DNA of 64,000 nucleotides from positions 2,272,001 through 2,336,000 of the forward strand of contig OY820591.1 of the NCBI GenBank assembly GCA_963555985.3. The letters run 5' to 3'. The notes under the pieces were generated by a model that did not search any database, was not told where the DNA came from, and was given only the letters and a program-made list of their open reading frames with translations. The DNA is from Dehalococcoidia bacterium. GTDB lineage: Bacteria > Chloroflexota > Dehalococcoidia > Bin125. Positions 57,797-64,000 of this stretch are shown here, piece after piece (the stretch's first letter is position 1; each line of letters begins with the position of its first letter). A program made the translations under genes and the position numbers.

Positions 57797-58795
57797 TTAC
57801 TTCAGCTGATACGTCGGCGGGGTCTCCCACTGATCGGTCGGTGGCGACTCTTGCGCGGCGACTGCGTGGAGTTCGTCTTGACGCTCGTACTCCTTCGCCT
57901 GCCGGATCTGGGCGCTGCGCTTGATCTTGCGCACCGTCGATCGCGCCGCCGTCAGCGGATTCGGTGCTTTCTTGACACCCCCATTGGCCTGCACCACGCC
58001 GCTGAGCCGCAGCGACTCCAGATGCGCCTGGACGTTGCCGTCGGCGGCTCGGCGAAGGCGCTTGTCGATCGTGTCGGCGTAGATCGCCTCCATGATCTGC
58101 CAAGAGGTCTTCGGTTCGCCGCCCTGGAGTTGCTCGAGGATCTGGTCTTCGCGCATCTGCCGGTGCGCGACGTACATCTCCAACCGGTCGCGGGCTTTGG
58201 CCTCCTCGCTGTCGCGGATCAGCGGGCCATGGCCCGGGCACAGCACCTGGATGTTCGGCAGTTCGAGCAGACGGCGCAGGGAAGCCATGTAGGAGTTGAT
58301 GTCGCCCACGACGGTGGTCGTGTTGCCGAGGATGGTGTCGCCCGTGAACAGCACGCCGTCTTCCTCAATGTAGTAACAGAGCGAATCGACGCTGTGTCCG
58401 GGCGATCCGATGATCTGGACGCGCACGCCGTTGTCGAGCGTGAGTTCCTGCCCGTCGGCGAAGGTGCGTACGTCTTTGTCGGGCAGGCGACCGCTGAGGA
58501 GCTCGACACCGTTCTCCGGTACTGCGACTTCGGCCTTGAGATGCTCGTGCACGTTCTTCAGGTTGCCGGAGTGGTCGAAGTGGTGGTGCGAGATTGCGGC
58601 GACGCCGATCTCGGACTGGTCAATCGCGGCGAGATAGCCGCGCAGCATCCACCAGAACTTGTCGATCGCTTCGCCGGAGTCAATCGTCAGCACCTGTCCG
58701 CAGGGTTGACCGACGATGTAGATGTTGGTCTGGGTGGGACGCATCGGCTCGGTCTCCGGGACCGGCACCATGCGCACGGAATCGCTGACTTGCAT
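57797..58795 (-). CDS. Metallo-beta-lactamase fold hydrolase (LACTB2-like)
   Basis: SHHHFDHSG, PGHS, FTGDTILG and PGHGP motifs. Confidence 0.92.
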   Translation of the reverse strand: MQVSDSVRMVPVPETEPMRPTQTNIYIVGQPCGQVLTIDSGEAIDKFWWMLRGYLAAIDQSEIGVAAISHHHFDHSGNLKNVHEHLKAEVAVPENGVELLSGRLPDKDVRTFADGQELTLDNGVRVQIIGSPGHSVDSLCYYIEEDGVLFTGDTILGNTTTVVGDINSYMASLRRLLELPNIQVLCPGHGPLIRDSEEAKARDRLEMYVAHRQMREDQILEQLQGGEPKTSWQIMEAIYADTIDKRLRRAADGNVQAHLESLRLSGVVQANGGVKKAPNPLTAARSTVRKIKRSAQIRQAKEYERQDELHAVAAQESPPTDQWETPPTYQLK

Positions 58796-58831
58796 CGTTT
58801 GTACCCCTCGTTGAACGCCCTGACATAGCGG

Positions 58832-59359
58832 CTACACGTCGATTCGAGCGGGATGCCCCATCACCGAGCGCAGAGTCAAGATCTGGCCGAGATGCGCATT
58901 GCCGTGCGCGATGCAGGTTTGCAGGATCTGCTTCGACTTGGCCTGGCGCCCGAACTGGACGACGCGGACGGTAGAGGCGAGTTCGTCGTCGGAGACGGCA
59001 CGGAGCCATTGCATCACGTCTTCGTGGACATCAACCCCATACTGAACCAGCGCCTCAACGGACGGGAAGCGCAGCGCCTGCGCTTCGCTCCGATCCATGT
59101 CGGTGCCTTGCGCGACTCTGGGAAAACCCCAGGCCGCATCCAGTTCCTGCCGCAACCAGACGGGCGGGCGGCGATCCTGGCAGACGAAGTTGATGATGTT
59201 GTCCTTGGTGCGGAAGTAGTGCCAGGCGTGGAAGCCGGGCGCGACCGTGCCCTCGCTGTACTGCCAGTGCAGCTGCTCGTCGTCGAGATCGTCGAGCGAG
59301 GCGATGTAGCCGTTGTGAGTGCTCTCCATGAAGTGGATGAGGAGTTCCGAGGGTTGCAT
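58832..59359 (-). CDS. DinB superfamily protein
   Basis: HAWH and HGNAHLGQI His motifs. Confidence 0.85.
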   Translation of the reverse strand: MQPSELLIHFMESTHNGYIASLDDLDDEQLHWQYSEGTVAPGFHAWHYFRTKDNIINFVCQDRRPPVWLRQELDAAWGFPRVAQGTDMDRSEAQALRFPSVEALVQYGVDVHEDVMQWLRAVSDDELASTVRVVQFGRQAKSKQILQTCIAHGNAHLGQILTLRSVMGHPARIDV

Positions 59360-60333
59360 CAGGCGTGACTTCCAATCGCAATCCCCGCGACCTGCGGAGC
59401 CACGTCGCGGGCGAGAAACTCAGGCACGTCATCGCGGTCGAACATGAAGTGCTGGAACTGCACTTCGGCGATGCCAGCTTCGGCGAGACGGCCGAGTGCA
59501 TCGACGATCTCGTCGGCGCCGCCGGCAAGCATCCCCTGGGCGCGAATCTGACCGAGGAACTCGTCGAGCGACTGGCCGGTCTGACCGAACATGCTCTGGA
59601 TGAAGCGCCCGCCGGCACGCTCCAGCTCGGGCGGGCCAGCCGCGTGGAACATCATCATTGAGTGTTCGATCTCGCCGGGGTCGCGGTTGATCGCTTCGCA
59701 GGCGCGGGCCATGACATCTCGCTTGTGTGCGTAGGCCTCCGGCGTGAGCGCCACGCAATTCCACTCGACGGCGTACTTCGCGGCCATCGGGATCGTGCGG
59801 CGTTCGCCGCCGCCGCCGATCAGGATCGGCGGACGACCTGAATCGGGCTTGGGCAGGCTGTCGGCGTTGTCGAGTTGGTAGTACTGGCCCTGGTAGGACG
59901 CTTCACCCGGCTCCCAGAGCGCTTGCATGAGCTGGATCGCTTCCTCTAACCGCTCGAAGCGCTCGCGGGTTGAGGGGAAATTGAGGCCGTAGGCGTGATG
60001 CTCGGGCTCATTCCAGCCAGCGCCCAGACCCATCACAAAGCGCCCGCCGGAGAGCTCGTCAAGCTGCGCCGCCATCCGGCCCACGTCGACCGGACGACGG
60101 AAGGTGACCGGCGTCACCATCGGCCCGAAGCGGAGATCGGATGTCTCCTCAGCCGCCATGACGAAGGAGAGAAAACACTCCAACGAGTCCCGCTGCACAG
60201 GACCGGTGAAATAGTGATCGCTGCGAAACACCGACGGGAAACCCAGGCGATCGGCGAGCCTCAGAATGTGCCGCCAATCCTCCCAGGTGAGACCGTTCTG
60301 ACCCTCCACCATCAAGGCAACGCGCATCGGCAT
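59359..60333 (-). CDS. LLM-class, probably F420-dependent, oxidoreductase
   Basis: FRSDHY, SGGRFVMGLGAGWNEPEH and ILIGGGGERRT motifs. Confidence 0.9.
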   Translation of the reverse strand: MPMRVALMVEGQNGLTWEDWRHILRLADRLGFPSVFRSDHYFTGPVQRDSLECFLSFVMAAEETSDLRFGPMVTPVTFRRPVDVGRMAAQLDELSGGRFVMGLGAGWNEPEHHAYGLNFPSTRERFERLEEAIQLMQALWEPGEASYQGQYYQLDNADSLPKPDSGRPPILIGGGGERRTIPMAAKYAVEWNCVALTPEAYAHKRDVMARACEAINRDPGEIEHSMMMFHAAGPPELERAGGRFIQSMFGQTGQSLDEFLGQIRAQGMLAGGADEIVDALGRLAEAGIAEVQFQHFMFDRDDVPEFLARDVAPQVAGIAIGSHA

Positions 60334-60384
60334 CCTCCTCGCAGCCTGGATCGAGCGGATCCTGTCCGGCCGGTCGCCCCCATG

Positions 60385-61494
60385 CTACCGACGTGCGGAG
60401 ACAGCCTCGTCCACGGGAAAAGCGATCGCATCGTCGAGCACGATCACGGACACGTGCTCGCCGGGATGCCAGACATGCTCGGCGCGCAGTCTCGCCTCGA
60501 GCTTGACTCCGGACGCCAGCCGCACGCGCACGACCTGATCGTGGCCGTAGTATTCGCTGTCGAGCACAGTCGCGGCGCCCGGCTGCTCCGGACGTGCGGG
60601 TTTGAGCGCCAACTGCTCCGGACGCAGAAGGACATCGATCTGGTTGCCTCCCAAGACATCGTCGTCCGGGGAAATCGTCAGTGCGATATCACCGAGTTCG
60701 GTGCTGGCGTAATGACCGCGCAGCTCACCGCGCACGAGATTGGCGTCGGCAACGAAATTGGCCACGAAGCGGTTCGCCGGATGGTGATAGATCTCGAGCG
60801 GAGACCCAATCTGCTCGATTCGCCCCTTGCGCATCACGGCCACGCGATCGGCGAGCGAGATCGCCTCTTCCCGATCGTGCGTGACGAACACCGCCGCCGT
60901 CTCCGCCGCCTTGAGGATGTTGCGCATTGATGTCCGCAGGGACACCCGCAGGTTCTGATCAAGGTTCGAGAACGGCTCGTCCAGCAGCACCGCCGCCGGG
61001 CCGGGGGCCAGCGCGCGGGCAAGCGCGACGCGCTGCGCTTCGCCGCCGGAAAGCTCGTGCGGGAAGCGGTCACCGAAGCCAGCTAGGCCGACGAGCTCGA
61101 GCAATTCCTCCACCCGCTGAGGTGCGCTGTCGCCGCGCCAGCGCCGCAGCGGCCGGGTCCACCAGGCTGTGTGGCCCCGCCGGAGACCGAACGCGATGTT
61201 CTCGGCGACCGACAGGTGTGGAAACAGGGCGAAATCTTGCGGGACAATCCCGATCCGGCGTCGCTCGGGCGGCGACCAGACGCCGGGGCCCACGACCGTT
61301 CGGCCGTTGATCTGCACGACTCCGCGGTCGGGCTGCTCAAATCCGGCCAGCATTCGCAGCGTCGTGGACTTGCCGCAGCCGGACGGACCGAGCAGCGCGA
61401 CGATCTCTCCCCGCTGCACCTCGAAGGAAGCTTCGCGCACCGCAGTCGTACCACCAAACGACTTGGTGATTTCCTGCGCGACCAGGGCGGGCAT
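60385..61494 (-). CDS. Fe3+ ABC transporter ATP-binding subunit with TOBE domain; start uncertain
   Basis: GPSGCGKST, LSGGE, LLDEPF and VTHD motifs. Confidence 0.93.
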   Translation of the reverse strand: MPALVAQEITKSFGGTTAVREASFEVQRGEIVALLGPSGCGKSTTLRMLAGFEQPDRGVVQINGRTVVGPGVWSPPERRRIGIVPQDFALFPHLSVAENIAFGLRRGHTAWWTRPLRRWRGDSAPQRVEELLELVGLAGFGDRFPHELSGGEAQRVALARALAPGPAAVLLDEPFSNLDQNLRVSLRTSMRNILKAAETAAVFVTHDREEAISLADRVAVMRKGRIEQIGSPLEIYHHPANRFVANFVADANLVRGELRGHYASTELGDIALTISPDDDVLGGNQIDVLLRPEQLALKPARPEQPGAATVLDSEYYGHDQVVRVRLASGVKLEARLRAEHVWHPGEHVSVIVLDDAIAFPVDEAVSARR

Positions 61495-61507
61495 GGCGTT
61501 GGCTTGG

Positions 61508-63115
61508 TCAGGCACGGAGGTCACGCTCGTGTCCAAACAGAATGATCATCGGCAGCGCCGCGCAAGCTAGCAGCAGCAGTCCGCTGGCCGCGGCGCGCGC
61601 GAAAAAGACATCCTCCTGCTGCACCCACAGATCCGTGGCGAGGGTCTCGAATCCGATCGGAGAGAGCAAGAGCGTGGCGGGGAGTTCTTTCATCGTCGTG
61701 AGGAATACGAGCGCAAACCCAGCCAGCACTCCCGGAGTGATCAGAGGCAGCGTAACGCTGTAGAAGGTTTGCCATGAACTTCGACTGAGCGAACGCGCAG
61801 CCTCTTCCAGTCCCGGCTGGACACGTACTAGAGACGCGCGCACCCCGGAAATCGCCTGCGGCAAGAAGAGCACGGCATAGGCGAAGATCAATGCGGCCAA
61901 CGTCTGGTAGAGCGGCGGGGTGACTCGGAGCGTGAAAAAAATCAGCGCAAAGGCGACGACCACGCCCGGAAGCGCGTAGCCAACGTAGGCCGCTCGGTCG
62001 ACGATCCGCGAAAGAAATCCCGGCCGCCGAACAACCACGATCACGATCGGGATCGCAACAGCGACCGTGACGGCTCCCGCGAGCGCAGATGCGTAGACTG
62101 AGTTGAGCGCCGCGCTCCAGACGCCGGGGAAGGTCTCGCCGGCATTGAGTCCGACCGAAAGCCAGTGGAACAACACGGCGACGGGCACGAGCAGGGCGAC
62201 CGCTGAGACGATGAACAGGCCAATCAGCGCGGGCCAGCGATAGCGCCGCAGCCGGATCAGTCTGGGCGTCCGCGCTGCGCCGCTGCCGAGCCGGTGATAT
62301 CGGGCATTGCGGCGCTGGGACCAATCGATAGCCAAGACGATTGCGACCAGCGCCACCAGAACCAGCGAGAGCACGGCGACGCTTTCGCGGTCGAAGGTGG
62401 AACCAAAGCGAACGTAAATCGCTCGTGTGAACGTGTCGAAGCGCATCATCGAGACCGCGCCGAAGTCGGAGATCACGTAGAGCGCCACCAGCAAACTGCC
62501 AGCCGCCAGCGGCACCCGCAGCTGTGGAACGGTCACGCGCCAGAAGGCTCCCCAAGCCGACTGTCCGAGCGAGCGGGCCGCTTCCTCAAGGGCTGGATCG
62601 AGATCGCGCAGTCCCGCGCGCACCACGATCAGTAGATAGGGAAATGTGAACAGCGTGAGCGCTAGCCAAGCGCCGACGAAGCCGTAAATCTCGGGGATAC
62701 TCTCGACACCCAGCGGCGCGAGCAAATCCTGTAGTGAGCCGTACGGCCCGAGCGCGATGATGAAGGCGAACGCGCCCACGTAGGAAGGAATTGCGAGCGG
62801 CATGATCGTGATCGACCGCCACCAGCGCGCGAAGGGAAGATCGGTGCGCTCAGTCAGGTAGGCAATCGGCAGCGCGAGCGCGGCTGAGGCGGCGGTGACT
62901 GCGAGTGTCAGTGCCGCCGTGTTCAGCAGCAGACGCAACGTGCTGTCTGAGAGGATCTTCGACCATGCGTCGGCGTCCGCCTGTGCAGCGCGGACGATCA
63001 GATAGCAGAGCGGGATGCAGGCTGCGCCAGCGGCGGCGAGGGCGAGTACCCAGACGACGGGGATGTTGAAGCGGATGCGGGTTGGAAGCTCCGTGGCGCC
63101 GCTGAAGAGGCTCAT
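61508..63115 (-). CDS. Fe3+ ABC transporter permease (FbpB-like)
   Basis: Two LEEAARSL motifs; KELPATLLL. Confidence 0.92.
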   Translation of the reverse strand: MSLFSGATELPTRIRFNIPVVWVLALAAAGAACIPLCYLIVRAAQADADAWSKILSDSTLRLLLNTAALTLAVTAASAALALPIAYLTERTDLPFARWWRSITIMPLAIPSYVGAFAFIIALGPYGSLQDLLAPLGVESIPEIYGFVGAWLALTLFTFPYLLIVVRAGLRDLDPALEEAARSLGQSAWGAFWRVTVPQLRVPLAAGSLLVALYVISDFGAVSMMRFDTFTRAIYVRFGSTFDRESVAVLSLVLVALVAIVLAIDWSQRRNARYHRLGSGAARTPRLIRLRRYRWPALIGLFIVSAVALLVPVAVLFHWLSVGLNAGETFPGVWSAALNSVYASALAGAVTVAVAIPIVIVVVRRPGFLSRIVDRAAYVGYALPGVVVAFALIFFTLRVTPPLYQTLAALIFAYAVLFLPQAISGVRASLVRVQPGLEEAARSLSRSSWQTFYSVTLPLITPGVLAGFALVFLTTMKELPATLLLSPIGFETLATDLWVQQEDVFFARAAASGLLLLACAALPMIILFGHERDLRA

Positions 63116-63239
63116 GCGTCGAGGTTATCGGAGTAATTCGTTGTGAAATCAGAGAATCGGCGGAGTTGATCGCGGCCGCTGCCGTCGGCTCTGCACGGTG
63201 AGGCGACGGCAGCGGCCATGCCAACCCAAGCGGGGATGG

Positions 63240-63998
63240 CTAGGGAAGCGCGCCTACCTTTTCGAGCAGTTCGATCGTGCCCTCAAGGTCGGAAAGCGAT
63301 GTCAGCGCCAGCGACGGCGGACTGAGTTCGGCCAGCGGCACGAGCGTCGGCCAGGCATTGACGCCGGCAGCGACGGGGTACTCAAACGTTTCCTCGCGGA
63401 AGTAGGTCTGACCCTCTTCTGAGAGCAGGAAGCGGATGAAGCGCAGTGCGTTGCTGTCGTTGTCGGACGCTTCCAGCAGCGCGACGCCGGCGACATTGAT
63501 CAGAGCGCCCGCCTCACCAGGATCGGTGAAGTGGTTCGCTCCGCGCCAGCTGTCGTCTACGGAAGTCTTGCGGATCAAGTAGTAGTGATTGACTAGCCCG
63601 ACATCGAGTTCGCCGTCGTGAACCGCCTGCACCTGGGGCGAGTTCTTGGGGTAGACCTTGACGTCGTTGGCGATCATCCCGCGCAGCCATTCCTCGGTCG
63701 CAGCTTCGCCGTGAATCTGGCGCATGGCCGTGACGAAAGCCTGGAAGCTGCCGTTGGTCGGCGCCCAACCGATCCGGCCCTTCCACTCGGGGTCGACCAG
63801 ATCGAAGACGCTGTCGGGTGGGTTGGGGACGCGGTCGGGGGAGATCACGAGGACACGGGCGCGACCCGACGTCGCGATCCAGCGGCCGCCGGAGTCGCGG
63901 AACTTTCGATCCACCAGTGCGAGAATGTCGGCCGGGAGCCGTGTGGAGGCTCCGGCTTCGGCGAGTGCGGCCAGCGCTCCGGCGTCCTGCCCGTAGAA
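63240..63998 (-). CDS. Fe3+ ABC substrate-binding protein (FbpA/FutA-like), 5'-partial
   Basis: GRAR, WAPTNGSFQAF, VNHYY and ETFEYP motifs; frame is open to the window end. Confidence 0.9.
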   Translation of the reverse strand, partial: FYGQDAGALAALAEAGASTRLPADILALVDRKFRDSGGRWIATSGRARVLVISPDRVPNPPDSVFDLVDPEWKGRIGWAPTNGSFQAFVTAMRQIHGEAATEEWLRGMIANDVKVYPKNSPQVQAVHDGELDVGLVNHYYLIRKTSVDDSWRGANHFTDPGEAGALINVAGVALLEASDNDSNALRFIRFLLSEEGQTYFREETFEYPVAAGVNAWPTLVPLAELSPPSLALTSLSDLEGTIELLEKVGALP

Positions 63999-64000
63999 GA

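Noticed and set aside
63116-63239. Fur/IdeR box within the iron transporter operon
   Set aside because: AT-richer patch but no convincing palindrome.

Overview
High-GC bacterial chromosomal window with no rRNA, tRNA or CRISPR array that I could find. The gene content includes four luciferase-like monooxygenases, four class III CoA-transferases, MaoC dehydratases, a Gln-rich Tat-lipoprotein ABC binding protein, RCC1 and NHL repeat proteins, and several REP-like palindrome families. This suggests Chloroflexota (Dehalococcoidia/SAR202-like, possibly host-associated), which is an inference. Family calls come from motifs recognised by eye; no searches were run. Main points: (1) Three genes that the ORF track splits at an in-frame TGA look like selenoproteins, each with a SECIS-like hairpin. 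An AhpD-like CxxU gene and a UGSC-like UGGC gene sit in one operon, and an OsmC-like gene is coupled to an orphan gcvH. (2) Defence-type genes are scattered singly with no integrase: TIR, AAA_21+TOPRIM, darTG, Uma2, an MmeI-like R-M enzyme and a DUF4209/HEPN protein. Each is appended to the 3' end of a metabolic gene, and two sites carry a diverged remnant copy of the host gene's 3' end. (3) darT has an amber stop directly after its catalytic Glu. (4) Two related C/A-skewed intergenic elements start with LexA-box-like sites and contain 10-bp-phased direct repeats plus A-tracts. (5) An IS30 element sits inside Uma2, a MITE is nested in a REP, and an orphan protein ends in an SSB-like acidic tail.
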